A DNA stretch of 64,000 nt from Lytechinus pictus (lineage: Eukaryota): positions 40,798,001 to 40,862,000 of the forward strand of contig NC_087245.1 in assembly GCF_037042905.1 (NCBI RefSeq). The letters are read 5' to 3'. The position numbers and the translations under genes are program-made. Below the pieces are notes generated by a model. The model ran no database searches and was not told where the DNA came from. It worked only from the letters and a program-made list of their open reading frames with translations. Below are positions 12,721-27,452 of this stretch, piece after piece. Within the stretch, counting starts at the first letter, position 1. Each line of letters opens with the position of its first letter.

Positions 12721-14199
12721 TTCTATAGGACCTAGCCACAAAAAGAGAGTATGTCCAACAATTTTTTTTTGCACGTATTCCAATACCAGATACCAATCAC
12801 TGGTCTCCATAGTTCAATCTGGGAGAAAAAAAGAGAAAATATCGAGGTCTATCCTCCCGGAATGATGTAGAAGATCCAGTTTCATACCTTTGAAAATAGT
12901 TTGTTTTTCTAATGCTTTTGTCACGTACGTACAATAGGGGGGGGGGGTAAAATTCGAGGAACTGTAGACGTTTTATACGAGGGGCGCGAGGGTGGGGTCG
13001 GATTGGTTTGGGCGTGGGTAAAATGAGAGTGTGTGCAATTATGAAATAAATTTCATTTCGAGCTCCATTTCGTAATGTTCATATACTCGGGTCTAACATG
13101 AAATAGGCCTACTCATAACTTGCATCTTTTGGGGGTTGTTTGTTTATACGGTTGTTGCCATCACGTAGAACTCTGAATTATTTTCAACATTTTTATAAAG
13201 GTAAACGGATTAGCCGTATCTTATTTTATTTAGATTGCTATATGTAATCGCACTCTTACTGGTAATTTGGTAACATTGCGAAGCAAGAATGGTAACGTCT
13301 CATATTAAGTATTAAGATTCTGTACGGCTTTCATTACAGTCATGCGCAGCGGCAGTCATACACCTTCTCCACTCCCTGTGGAGTAATTTCAGCTTATGGC
13401 CCTTGCAGTGGAGACATGATACACACCTGATAACTGTTTGCGGTGTTTCATTATACTACCACGCTGCTGATGATGATGATGATGGGTTCTTGTATAGCGC
13501 CGGTATCCGCCTCAGCTGGGCGCTCATGGCGCTTGCTCAAAAATAGGAAATATCTTACAAATTTCAATGTCTTTAAACAGTGCTTAGGATCATCATTCAG
13601 TGCATGCTCAGATCGTTATATATACTATGTGGAATGATGAGACATACCTCTGACAAGCATATAGCATCGACATTCACTTAAATATACAATATATCGCGGT
13701 TCGAACTCTTTACCATTAAACCCGATTTGGTCTGAAATTTTAACTCTCTAGACTAAAAAATGCGCGCGGATAACAGTTACACAGCAAAAAAATATGGTAA
13801 TGATTGGTGTTAATTGGGGACACCAGTCATTTGATTATGGTGTTAAAATTGTTGTTGTGTCAGTTCAGCACCTACGGTATTTATTACTACACATTTTGGT
13901 TGTTACCTTTACATTTTCTGGTGTCATGTTCCATCTCTAGAATTTGATTTTAACACATTAGGGCGTGGTCCTCTTGGAACATCAACTGGTGTAAATTTTT
14001 AAGTTTCAAATTGTACAGTGTATATAGGGCATGGGCGTTCTCCTGATATTGTAGTTTACTATTTAGACGTACGCGTTAAAAATATCCAATATTGATTGAT
14101 CATTCCTTTTTTTTTTCTTTAAAATATTTTTCCTTTTATATTTATCACATTTTACTTTCCCATTTTATAATATTGTATATTTGTACATTTTGTACAATC

Positions 14200-14490
14200 G
14201 AATGAATGTCCACATTTCATTAACTGTTATTACTTAGCCTTTTCTCAATTTCTTAATAGAAATTATTTCTTCAACTCGCTATAGGGGATCCACGCTCTAC
14301 AAGCAGACAAGCAATGCTTTCTAGTGGATCCCCTCATTTCCATACACGCTAATACTATTTTATACAAGCTTTTATTATATAATTATGCTGAGGTAAAATT
14401 GATCTTGTACTCATACTTTGATTTGTATCTGTATTTGATTTATATTTGTCATGGAAATTAAATAAACTTCTTGAATCTTGAATTGAATTA
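14200..14490 (+). mobile_element. LINE (CR1-like) 3' UTR remnant
   Basis: Hairpin ggggatccac...gtggatcccc, then aataaa and a (ttgaa)n tail; related to 19255-19490. Confidence 0.5.
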
Positions 14491-14749
14491 TATATACAGA
14501 AAAGAAAGAAGAAATGGGGGGAAAATGTTAATAAATTTAAATTGATAATAAATATAGATTTATAAGAAAGTATGGAAAATATACCGGAGAAGGAGTTAAA
14601 CAGCGAGTATAAAAATGGGTGAAAACAAGTTGCAAAGGAGATCAGCATAAGGCATGGTAAAATGGTGAATGAAGAGGGGGTAAAATCGATCTGCCAAGGC
14701 CATAAAACTTAGAAAAATAGAAGACAAACGAGAAGAAATTTTAGAGTCT

Positions 14750-14794
<45 letters not shown>

Positions 14795-16396
14795 CATTGA
14801 AAAGAGATGACAATGCAATAGCAAGTATGAGATAACAGTACCGATAATAACTTTCTGCTTGGTGTATTTTGTCTCCCGAAACCATTTTATTTACGGAATT
14901 ATTTTCTTTACCCGATTACGAAAGAACTTTTGCCATTGTTGTATCTTCCTCATCTTAATAATCGGCTTGGCGGTGAAATCGATATGCAATTGTGATCGCG
15001 GCGGGAAGATCGATATCGAATGTTTTCAAAAAAAAGTATCTTCCCCTCCAAAACCGATCCCTTGGACAGGCGAATCGAATTGAGAAAGAATGCAAAATAT
15101 GGACGTTCTAAATAAAAAAAAAAGCGATGATTTGGTGAAGAGTCACAGATTCTGACACAAGTAATGGAGAGATGGTTATCTCGCAGAAATGACAAGTGCA
15201 CACAGCAAAACTGTGGACTAACTGATTGATGAACATAGAGTACCCGACACCGGTCATTTAACACCGGTATTAAACTTTTGGTGTTAGTTCAATATCTATA
15301 AGTGTTATTACAACACCTATGGTTGTTCCTTTTACGGCCTTTCATGTTTTTTGCTTGTCAAATTCAAACCAGCACCCCCTGTAAAATAAAAATCGTTCCT
15401 AGGGCCCTGGTGGGTTTAACACTCTTTGGTGGTGTTATGTTTTCTAGGGTGTAATTTTGACACCTCAGGGTGTGGTGCTCCAGGGGCACTAGCTGGTGTT
15501 TTTACGCATTCAACTGTGATGCATATAAAGTGAATGAAGGGAATGGGTGATTTTCAAAATAAATCACCATACTTCGCGAAAGAAAGTTCAATCAGCCTAG
15601 GCTAATGATATTTTATTTAAATGAATACGTGATATTTAAAAATTAAAAAGTTGTTATCCGCAATGGAACCTACAATGAAAATGAAAAGGAAAGTACCAGC
15701 CATCAACCTATTTAAAAAAAAAGAAACCTAAGCAATTTAACAACTAATTTGCTAAACATACCTTATTTTTGTATAAATGATTAGTAAAGAAATGATTCAC
15801 GAAGAATTCGAAAGCTTATAAAAGTCCAAATACTTATAAAGCTTTGGACATCCACGTGGACCCAGTCCCCTGTCAAAATGAATTAAAATATAAAATATGC
15901 TACTAAATGGAAATATTGGTGGTGTAGCGCGATGAACTACTGATAATTATAGGTGAGATAAAAAAAATACAGTAAAAGGTGATTCATATGTATGTAGGGG
16001 CGGCAGCGGGGTAATTTAATGGGGGGGGGGGGGGGAGGCGACCTTTTTTTCTTGATAGAATGACAGGGGTAATCATAGTTACATGACGTGCGTCCATCTT
16101 TTTTCTGAAAAAATGTATGCCCTATTTTCTTCTTTTCTCCCTTTTTTAACCTTTGACTTGAGAAATGATAGGGGCAGTCGCCATATGCCCCCTGCAGCGA
16201 CGCGCCTGTGTATATATGGATTAGATATATATATATAAAGAGGCGCCCCAGGACCTTTTCTTTTTCTGTCTCTCCCTCTCTCTATCTATTTTTAACTTTC
16301 TCTCTCCCTTTTCTCTCTCTCTTTCTTCTCTGTTCGTGTCTCATTCTTCATGAACAAATTTTTATATTGCACTGACAGATAAATATAAGATAAAGA

Positions 16397-16621
16397 CATT
16401 AGCGTACGTAAGGGGGGGGGCAGATTGCCCCCCTGACGAGTCGCAACACATGCAAGGGACGTATCCCTGCCCCCCCCCCCTGACGAGTCAAAACTGATCC
16501 CCGACGAGCCACAAGTGGCCCCCTCCTTTAAACTTGAAGACTTTTTTTTTTTTTTGCTTGTCAATTTTTTTGGCGGAAGAATTTGCCCCCCCCCCTTTGG
16601 AAAACCCTAGGTACGCCACTG
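16397..16621 (-). mobile_element. hAT-like MITE with 8-bp TSD GATAAAGA
   Basis: TIR cattagcgtac / gtacgccactg; gataaaga on both flanks; same family as 20291-20527. Confidence 0.85.
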
Positions 16622-18345
16622 GATAAAGATATTGTACTGACAGAGACCGACACCCAACCATCCCCCTCTCTCTCTCTCTCCCTACCCCCACCCCCTCTCT
16701 CCCATCTTACCTCCATCTCTCCTTGTTTTCATCCTTTAGATCTCACTTGCTTTCTTTTTATGCAATTCTTCATAGTTTTGAGCCTACATTTCACAAATGC
16801 GGGGGGGGGGGTGAAATTCCCCAAAGCCGACCCCTTCGGCGACTAACCAGTTACATACATAACTTTTTTAACAAAATCTATGTTGTAACCAATTATATGT
16901 TTATTTTTGTATCCCAATACTATATCATAATACATGGTGATTTTTTAACCTATAGAAATGAGAGTAAATGAATCAAAATTCAATCAATTAAGGAAAAGTA
17001 TTTAAAATCGCGTTATAATTTCATTAATTTCATATGAAATTAGTATAAATTTCTATTTTTTTTTAATTACGCCTCGTCATCACGTTGCTGGCAGATGTCT
17101 TAATAGTTATAATCTCTTTGTATCAGCACGAAACAAAACAAAACGAAAAAATGGGGGAAATGTAGATAAAGAAAATAATCATAATCAATGTGCTGCTGTT
17201 TCCATTAATGGAAAGTCATTTATTCTATGTGGAATGCTCATTAGCGTAATCAGCCAAAAAAATTTAGGGACCAGGCATGGCGTGTGGGACAAATTTTCTA
17301 AAAGGCTGCGAGCGAGCGAAGCAAGCGAGTAATTCTTTCTTCTTTTTTTAACTGTTTAAAACAAAAATCTATATAACTTGACAAATATCTACATAGGATT
17401 CTGAAAAGAGTATTATATTTCACAATTGTGATTTAAATATTTTATTTTAACAATTGCTTGTATCACCATCATCTGTAATATTTTTCGTTTTTGTTTAAAT
17501 TACCCATGTCGTTAGAAGAAAGTGACGTTATATTCTGCATGATTCATCTCATGGTTTAAAATAATCGATAACGAAATGGCGGAATTTTACGGAGCCTGCC
17601 TTTTGTTAAAGGACAATAAAATTTCTATACCTATATCGATCTGCTCATGGTTTAAACACCATCTACTTCTAAAGGGCTATGCAGAAACATCAAAACGGCA
17701 AGAAAACTAGAATGCACTGCAGAAGAACAGAAAACAGCACTTACATATTAATAAAAAAACAATAATAAATTAATAAATCATAAAAAATCCCAATATTCAC
17801 AAAACATAATACTGCAAAGTAAAAAACAAACATCACAATGTCCATCTGGCAAGCGCTGTAGATCGCTGAAACTGAAACAAGAAAATGACAAAACAGTTTG
17901 AAACAGATTTTATTATGAAAACACAGCAAAAAAGATGGGACGAAAAAAGGAAACACTGCATTTTTATTTCATTCTCATCAGAGTTCGTATTTTTGATACC
18001 TCGTGAGACAAAAAACACGAAAAATCAACATCAAAACAACAAAAGTCCGACGAGTGATCACTGCATCCAAGTTATTGTTTGTTTCGATCTACCTGTCCAA
18101 CCGCGGCTCGGAATTCCGTCTGATAAAATGTCTCTTTTCTCAACGAATCTCCATGATCACAAGTCTCCAGTTATTCTCACAAACTTTTAAATACTATAAT
18201 ACTACATACTATAACAGCTATTATTGAAGAAATGGTAATAAAAGATGATAAAATTATATTATTCTTGTTTCAAACGAGCTCCACATCCGATGTCATCCGC
18301 CATCTTCGTTTCTATGACTAAAGAATAGACAAAAGAGGAAAAGTT

Positions 18346-18545
18346 TGCGCATGCGCTTGTAGATCTTGACAATGATTTCTATCTTCGACAAATAATTCCT
18401 CTCAATGTCTTTACTTTTGTTCTTTTCTTCATTAATTCTTTCAATATTCTTTATATTTAGCTCCCTTAATATTCCTTATTTTCATCCCTAAGGTATTCTC
18501 CTTTCCCCCTTCACTTTCACCATCCTAATTCTTTTTCTTCTTCTT
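18346..18545 (+). repeat. ~200-bp dispersed repeat followed by a (TTC)n tract
   Basis: Inverted homolog of 1805-2004. Confidence 0.85.
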
Positions 18546-18760
18546 CGTCAGCTTCTTTTTCTTCTTCTTCTTCTTCTTCTTCTTCTTCATCAGCTTCTTT
18601 TTCTTCCTCTTCTTCTTCTTCTTCTTCTCTTCCTTCTTCTTCTTCTTCTTCTCCTCCTCCTTATCCACCCCCTCCTCCTCCTTCTTTTTTTCTTCTTCTT
18701 TTTCTTCTTCTTTTTTCTTCTTCTTTTTTCTTCTTCTTCATCCTTTTTTTCTTCTTCAAC
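18530..18760. repeat. (TTC/TCC)n pyrimidine microsatellite
   Basis: Direct reading. Confidence 0.95.
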
Positions 18761-19254
18761 TACTCTCCTCATAACGTCAACCTATTTTTACATATTACAC
18801 AGCTATAGGTAAATGTAAGAATTAAACCAAATTTTATACCACTTGTAAACTTTTGCTTCTAATTTTATACTTTATTTGATATTCATTGCAAACTACATAG
18901 GTATAACAAATAGGAGATCTCTGCAAAACTGATGTTCATTTCCTCCATTTAGCAATGACATGGCATTCCACGTGTTCCATATCCAGTACTGCACTAAGGA
19001 GAACATAAACAATTAAGAGTGAAACATGTTGAAATGGTACGGCCTTTATATTCCATTTGTTTGCAAATAGTTTGTTCCCATTTCTAGTACTCTCTTTGGG
19101 GGAGAATACAACCCTCTTCAATGGCCAATGATTGCCCCTTGAAGATCTATGTAAACCAATTAAGGAAGATGAACACCTCTAAGAAAAGACCTCGAAACAT
19201 CCGATACACACTGTCAGGATGTTCATGTTTGAAGAAGAAAATGTATGACACCGA

Positions 19255-19490
19255 GATGACAATACAAGCACTGCTTTTTAGTGGATCCCTCCATTTTCTC
19301 ATAATTTTATTTTATAATGTTTATGATATTTTGCTTATATATAATACTCTGTTTTGTTTTACTCTTACTTATATATTGTACATGCCTCAATTATTTTGTC
19401 TGTATAAGTTCATTGTAATTATTTCGACCACATTACTTTGTTCTTTTGAAAATGAAATAAAATAAATTGAAATTGAATTGAAATTGAAAC
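19255..19490 (+). mobile_element. LINE (CR1-like) 3' UTR remnant
   Basis: caagcactgctttttagtggatccctcc motif, aataaa and an (attgaa)n tail. Confidence 0.5.
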
Positions 19491-19671
19491 TTAATGATAT
19501 TCATGTTTACCTTTTTGTTAAGATATTAATATAGGTCTGCGTCTATTCATTGAAACACTTGCCTGATATTATACCTTATCTTTTTATCATTATCACGATT
19601 ACTAAGTACGCTAATATATGTTTTATTCTGCGTTTCTTATACCTCTTGTTACCCCTTTTCTTTACACTTAT

Positions 19672-20270
<599 letters not shown>

Positions 20271-20290
20271 AAGCTTCGAATAGATACTTT

Positions 20291-20527
20291 CAGTGGCGTA
20301 CCTAGGATTTTCCACAGGGGGGGGGGGGCAAAACCGTCCGCCAAAAAAATTGACAAGCAAAAAAAAAAAGGTCTTTAATCACAAATAAAGGATTTTGTAC
20401 CAGAAACAAATTTGACAAGCAAAAAAAAAAAAAAAAAAGGGTCTTCAAGCTCGTCAGGGGGGCAGGGATACGTCCTTTGCATGGGTTGTTGCCCCCCTTG
20501 TCCCCCCCCCCCGTAGGTACGCTAGTG
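20291..20527 (+). mobile_element. hAT-like MITE with 8-bp TSD GATACTTT
   Basis: TIR cagtggcgtacctag / taggtacgctagtg; gatacttt on both flanks. Confidence 0.88.
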
Positions 20528-23500
20528 GATACTTTCCAACCTTCACCCTATCCTTTCTTTACAATTTCATTCTCTTGACCTAAATGTAATATAATAATTC
20601 ATAACTCTATCTCATCAAATACTACTGTCTAAGATATGCTCATATTTATGTTGGTACCAACTTCTCTTGATAACATTTTGAGAGGTATGTGGCTCAAGTA
20701 TCTTCACTTTTTTCTTGGCTGTATCAGAAGTTTATTGAGTTTTGTGATAGACACGTCGAAGGTGGCGCTATTTCATGTCTCATTGCGCTTGGCCAAGCTT
20801 TTTTTTTTATCCAATCGTCATGATAGTGGTTCATTCAATATTGGGCTATGAGCACAAATTTGGTTTTGCAGGAAATACTCTAACACATTTAATATTTTTA
20901 TGAATCATACTTCAATGAATAACATTCATACACAAATATCTCGCAAGCTGAATAACAATAATGCGGAGTGCGAAGTTGAGGGGGGGGGGGGGTAAAAATC
21001 CATGTTAAAGGATGAGAAGTAACATGGTATTCGGAAACGTCAAATAATTTTTATGAGATGCTGGTCTTACAAAGCTCCATGCAGCTCGGATAAGAAGGTA
21101 AGAACAGACCAAGCAAGCTGAAAGCACATTTGGACATTACAGTATGGATTTTATTGTATCAAATTATGATTAAAGCTGCCGGATAAATGGAGATTAAGAA
21201 AAGATCATTCCACAATCAACAGAAGAGACGATGGTAAACAGTAAAAAAAAAAAACAATAATAAAGATGATATAAGGCGCAAAGATAAGAGATTAAGTATG
21301 ATTACAATGTACCCACGTTTAAAATTTTACACGAGTTATTTAAACTTTTTAACAAGTTGTTTTAAAAAAGTTAAAGAAACTTGATCATGTTGATGTTAGA
21401 GTGACGGGCTAAAACAACGTGCTTAGAATTTTAAACAACATTTTTTTACAGTACATTTCAGACAAACGGACAAATGAAAAGGGCGTGGCACCTGATATTG
21501 TCAACGGCACCCCTCCCCTCAGGGTAAAGAAGTATAAAGGACTAAACGAGAACCACTGAAGGTTACGAACGGGTGGAAAAGAAAGCAGAACGGGAGTTTG
21601 TAAAAAAAAAAAAAAAGAAGAAAAGGACGGCTAGAGGTTGTTTACTGAATTTGCAGACCACGTGGGGTAGACCAAAATGAGTGCAGGTACAAATGGAAAT
21701 TGGGCAAAATGATTAATTATTTGGTTGATCACACACGATTTGATCCTCTACCCCCCATCTCTGTGTAACCCGTATTCAGACGGTCCCCTCGTTTATAATG
21801 TTTTATATTATTTTTCTCTTTTTTTTGACATTCGTGTGGGGTTAATAAGGGTGTTGATGTTATTGATGGTGGCGTTTTAGAAGCATTAATGATATTAGAA
21901 GGGCGTGAGAAGGTCACTGTATATGTTTGCCTTGAGGGGAAAATATACAGAATTGTAAGGACTGTCGAATCTGTGAATTAACATGTTCATACAGAGTTGG
22001 AGGAAATAAAAGCAAGAATACTGATTGATAAATTGACTTATAGTAGCTATATGCCATAGATATTTCAATATATTTTTGTAATACGTCACCTTCGTCATAA
22101 ATCTAGATATAATGGTATTAGTTTGTTTTAAAACTGTGGCGTAGTGAGCCCCCAAAATAAAGGGGGTGGCATATTTTTTTGTGGGAAAATTTCTAAAAAT
22201 TCGCAAGCGAACGAATACATTTTACTTTCTAAAATGAAAATCTAATATTGTGTTAGATTTTGACATATCAAAAAAATGACATGATGCCACATTCCACCCT
22301 TCTTCATGTCTAATTTTCTCCTCTTTTCTCGTTCCTTTTCTTTATTTTTACTTAGCGGTGGAACTTTTGGGAGAGCCCCTCCCTCAATCCCCTACCCCCA
22401 TCTGTACACAAGTGCTATTGAAAGGGATCGAAAAAATAAGAATGCGTTTCGATTAAAAAAAATGAATAAAAAAAGAACTGAAATGTCTTGTTGTGAAGCT
22501 CCGCCAAGTCTGTCACGAGTTTTTAAAAACGGCTTAAGGCAAAAAGGGAAATTATAAAACAGTTTATTGATTGATTTGATTGATTTTATTTTATTTCTGC
22601 ATTCAAGATAAATATGCAACATAACATTTAGGTGATACATTTAAGTTTTACAAAACAATAGAGCAATAGTCATAATAAAGCAATGAAAAATAAATATCAA
22701 CAAGAAGCAAAATTCAATTAAAAGAAAATACCAGTTTAAATGAATGCAGGAGACCGCCATCGTGAGCTGTTTACAATATAATAAGAATATTTCAACCTCC
22801 TGAAAAATGATTGGGCATGCCGCCACCACCACCATCAACAACCTCACAACCCCCCCCAAAAAAAAAAAATCAACATTTTATTTCGCACAACCATAATCTA
22901 CTAAAATACTTTTCAATATGATGAACACTGATGAAAATACAGGGAGAATGCGAGATGAGAGCTTTAGGCTCCATGGTACACACTGCAAGGGACTCATAGG
23001 AAAATAACTTTTTGAATGAGATTATCCAGCCAGAGAACAAAATGAAAATGGGCAAATCTTCCCACGTTTTTGAACTAATATCAATGTCAATTAATATGGC
23101 TTTTGAATGAGCTGATTCCAGTTGTTTTTGTGGCTCACATCAAAAAGACCCGACCAGCCAACGTCCCTCGTCGCCGCATTTCATTCTCACCTTTAGGTGC
23201 GAAAAAACTGAGCTGTACTTTTCACAGTAATCTCACCTAAATCAATTTTATAGTAAGAGATGAAATCGCACAGACAAACACGAGTAATGTGCAAAATCCC
23301 ACGAATGTGAAGAAAACAGCGGACTAAGACGAATTAGGGTTAGCACGAGATGCCCGCGAGACCGTGTGGGAATCCAAGTTTTGATTTGGCGCGGGTCAAT
23401 TTTGTTCAATCGTCTGGGGGTATCGTATCAAGGACACTGCTATCGATATACTTCCCTTCCTCACTTTGCCTTGACCCGAGGGTTCGGTCGCGTGCGAGAA

Positions 23501-24011
23501 TGAAATGTAATTCAAGGATTCAACTAAGTTTTCCCTTAAGTTTTTAAAGGAGATAAAATTCACAATGTAATCTCCATCGTTACTATGATTATTGTATAAT
23601 GCTAACAAAATTGGGAGAAAAATTGTCACATTAATAAAACAAAAATCACATTTTGCAAATCTAACCATAGACGCATTTCATCATTTAAACTTCAGCTTAA
23701 GCTACATGACGAGAATTAGGATATATATCCAATTGTATTAATACCTAATACAACATTTCAAAATATTGTCGATATTACTTACCCCAGTAGCGACCTGCCT
23801 ATTGGTCAGGAAAGACATACTCCTACCACTGGGGGGGGGGGGGGGGGGTCATTAATAACAAGATAAACAAATACCTTGATTTGTTCTGTAAGTGATGTAT
23901 GACTTGATACTGTCCTAATGTTATTGTACATAATTTAGCATGATAAAAGGTATCGACATAATGTAGCTGGATGGGGCTGCATCCGATACTTTAAACAGTC
24001 ACCAACCGGAA

Positions 24012-24478
24012 CAATTCTTGCTACCCCAAATAGCGATTTCGCCGAGATCCGGGAAAATCCCTGTAACGCGCATTGCATTATGGGATAGCTTTTCGGTATT
24101 ACAACTTCCTGATCGGAAGTCCAATGCACTGTTTTGCCATTCAGATCAACAGTGCCGTCATGCACAACAACACAACGTCGCTTTCGCTCGGAAAGTTCGT
24201 GATCACAACCCTCTCTTTCACATTTTCACGTGAAATATATTTTTTATTTCTATTTATAATTCAAATGGAATCAAAACTGACTAAATTAGATAAAAAGTAT
24301 TAATTTGTACATATTACGCTGATTGGCATCGATTTCAGCGTGGTGGAAAACTCAGTATCGCGAACCTCGCGCGAGCATAACTCTGAACCGGAAGTGGTGA
24401 TGACAACCCGACGAAGTGAAAATTATCTCGTCTCGCGCATTATGAAATTTTTGTTCCTATTTGGGGTAGCGAGAATTG
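24012..24478. mobile_element. CpG-rich MITE with ~22-bp TIR
   Basis: caattcttgctaccccaaatag / ctatttggggtagcgagaattg; internal IR around ttcctgatc / gaaccggaag. Confidence 0.7.
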
Positions 24479-25219
24479 AAGAGATCGACAGTTAATATAT
24501 TTTGCATTTTATGCGTAGCCTGATTTAAGAGGGATTTCTTTTAATTTGGCCTAGAATGAGCGCCCTAAATGGCGGTATCAGACACGACTGCTGTCAAGAA
24601 GCACGAATGCTTCTTAGTTAACAACCAGGGGATAAACAGCTTCGGGTCATATCCGAGGGAATAAGGTCATGTTGCTCTTTTAGCATACCATTCAATATTG
24701 CCATGGTAACGATGCTTAACAGCCAATCAAAAACAAGGAGATAATGGAAGTAACTATAAGATCACAATATTACCAAAATAAAGAGGAATAACTTTTAAGG
24801 CACAGTGCCAAGCAAGGGGGATGATTGTAGTCTACTGTCATTTCCAAAGGGCATTTGCAAGGCTGTTTGATTTTGAACTCAAATACGAGATTATCATTGC
24901 TGTACAATATCTGTTAGTTCCCGTTGCTTACTATTGAGTGGAAGCGAATGATCAAAGAAAATTCCATCGGGAATTGAATCCTTATATGATCCGGGAACAG
25001 CATTTTGAAGTAACCTGAACTGTTGATTTTTCATAAATTTTGACTTTTTTGAAACAATGTCCATCTCGGGGGAAAGCTCTGGATTTGCCAAAGATAACAA
25101 GCTCTGTTGTTCAGAGAAGCATTATGAGAGTGGAGAGTCTGAGTAACTCTAGAAAAATATGAAAATTTGTAGGTTTTTGTCAATTTGTACTGTGTTATGA
25201 AGAGATGGTGAATACAACA

Positions 25220-25800
25220 TGAAATTGATCTCTGGTTACTGAGATCAATCTAAACTAAGATTTGATTGGGGTTGAGATCCTATTGATTCAAGAGTGTGTG
25301 GCAATTGATTCAGACGAATATCAACCTAAGGTTTATCTCAAGTTACTAAAAGATATTTGATATCATTCTGAACTAAATTTGATTGAGATGAGATTCAAGT
25401 GATTGAGGTCAACATCAGCCCGACATTGATCCCAGGTTACTCATAGATCTTTCAGGTCAATCTGGACTAAACATCGATTTCAGTAAGATGCAAATGATTT
25501 AGAAGAACAGCAACACAAGAATTAACTCGAGTTATTCTGAGATATTTGAGATCAATCAGGAGCCCGTCGCAGAAGACGCAGCTCAAAAAATCAAGCACAA
25601 ATTCCTAATACATGCGTTTCATTGGTCGAAAATCAACATACATTTGACTTTTTGAGTATTTTTGCTCGCAACCATTTCTGCAACGGTCCCCTGGACTAAA
25701 AACTGATCAAGGTGAGATGCAATTGATTCAGGTGAATATCAAAAGCATGCAATTGATCTTAAGGACATCTCTGAGATTGATCTTAATTCAAATTTGATCA
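25220..25800. repeat. Degenerate ~94-bp minisatellite interrupted by a MITE (about 25560-25690)
   Basis: Recurring gttact...agatatttga.atcaatctg.actaaa...gat.gagat at about 25342, 25436 and 25531. Confidence 0.65.
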
Positions 25801-25954
25801 GAGTGACATAGCACATAAGAAAAACAAATATATATATGGATAAAAAAGAACTATACATTTCTCTTTCAATCCATTAAAAAAATAAAGAATTAAAATATTA
25901 TGATCATCTCCTCCTTCCTCTGGCTCTTGCTCCTCCTCATCCACAAAGAAAAGG

Positions 25955-26645
25955 TGGATTGTTTCATGAAAAAGTTTGTCAGTGATTTTCACCCACAGAT
26001 GTTATAAGCCACTGCAAATCCTTGCATCTGATTGGCTGATAGCGAATTATTCAGTGAACATAACCTGAAAGGTGCTTCATGAAAAGCTCCCCAAGGCATC
26101 ATTTCATGGAGTTTATCAGCACCAACAAGTTGTCATTGATCATGTACAGTCGGAGACCAGAAGCCCATTTTCATGAAACTTGTTATGATAACAAATTTGC
26201 AATAGCAGTTAAAAGCTACTGAAATCCTTCAATCTCATTGGCTGACGGTGAATTTGTTATAGAAATTGTACATTTGTTATAATAACAAGTCTTTATGAAA
26301 TGGGACCAAATGGCCTAGATTATCCAAAGAGGTTTCAATTGTACCATGGTCCCGACCATGGTACAAAACCATGGACTCTGCAGAATTTTAAAACATAATT
26401 ACGCTTATTTCATCGCGTACACAAATTTAAATCCAATTAAATGCATGCTTTCGGCAAAGTGCGCTTAAAATGGAGCGCGTTAATGAGATAAATCTACATA
26501 GTCCATGGTGTTGTACCATGGTACAATTGAAACCTCTTTTGAGAATACGGGCCATTGCTTCTCAACCAATCAAAACTAAGGATATCACTGAAATTGTCAG
26601 AGCTGACATTTTAGTCAGTGTTAACAGCTTTCATGAAACACCCCC
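25955..26645. mobile_element. Cluster of adjacent/nested PIF-Harbinger-like MITEs
   Basis: TIR pairs tttcatgaaa / ttcatgaaa, cattttcatgaaacttgtta / taacaagtctttatgaaatgg, and aaagaggtttcaattgtaccatgg / ccatggtacaattgaaacctcttt. Confidence 0.7.
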
Positions 26646-27047
26646 TTTATACATGTACATATTCCAAACAAATAGTCAATGGAAGCAACAGATTAAATAT
26701 GTGATATCTTTTTATTTCTTTTTGCTTCAATAAATGAAATGTACACTAATATACAGCCAAGAATGACAAAAGAAACTAATAGCACTATAAACTTGACTAA
26801 AATACTTTAAAAAAAAATCATATTGAAAATAAAACCACCGAAACATTCGAACTATTAACAGAAATAAATAATCAATATACATCTCCATGCATATTTCTTC
26901 TGGTCATTCATTGACTACATAAAGCTTTTACATGATTGTAATGTAACAAGCGATCTATATCAATTTTGAGCGAGCAATTATTATGGATTACTCAAATGGG
27001 ACAATTTTCCCAAACTCAAATGGACACACTTAAAAAGCAATGTAACT

Positions 27048-27452
27048 CAGACCTGCCAACCTCTGGGAATGAAAAATGTATTCTGTGATTTAAAAAAAAT
27101 GTATTTTCCCCAAAAAGTGTATTTCATAATAAAATGCATGGTGCACTCGCTCATCGCAGCGCTCAAGCTGCATGCAAGCTAAAATGCACACTGCTCTTGC
27201 AGATGAAAAAAAAAAACAAACACATTGAATCATGTGTATATCTCACCCTGGTTTTAACAAAATGATTGAAAAAAATTTACCTGAAATTACATTGATCTAA
27301 TAACCAAGTTTTATGAAATAGAGACATGTAGATTATTTTTTATTTTTCTCACTTTTTTTTACAAAAACATTTTTTAAAGAAAAAACGTACTGCTGTATTT
27401 TGGTTGCAAAAACGTACTAAATACGCCAAAAACGTACTGGTTGGCAGGTCTG
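27048..27452 (+). mobile_element. MITE with TIR CAGACCTGCCAACC and a 6-bp TSD (GTAACT)
   Basis: cagacctgccaacc / ggttggcaggtctg; gtaact on both flanks; second copy at 41163-41631. Confidence 0.85.

Noticed and set aside
24894..25100. Protein-like minus-strand ORF (...SPEMDIVSKKSKFMKNQQF...)
   Set aside because: An in-frame stop lies just upstream, there is no good acceptor in frame, and I recognise no domain or partner exons
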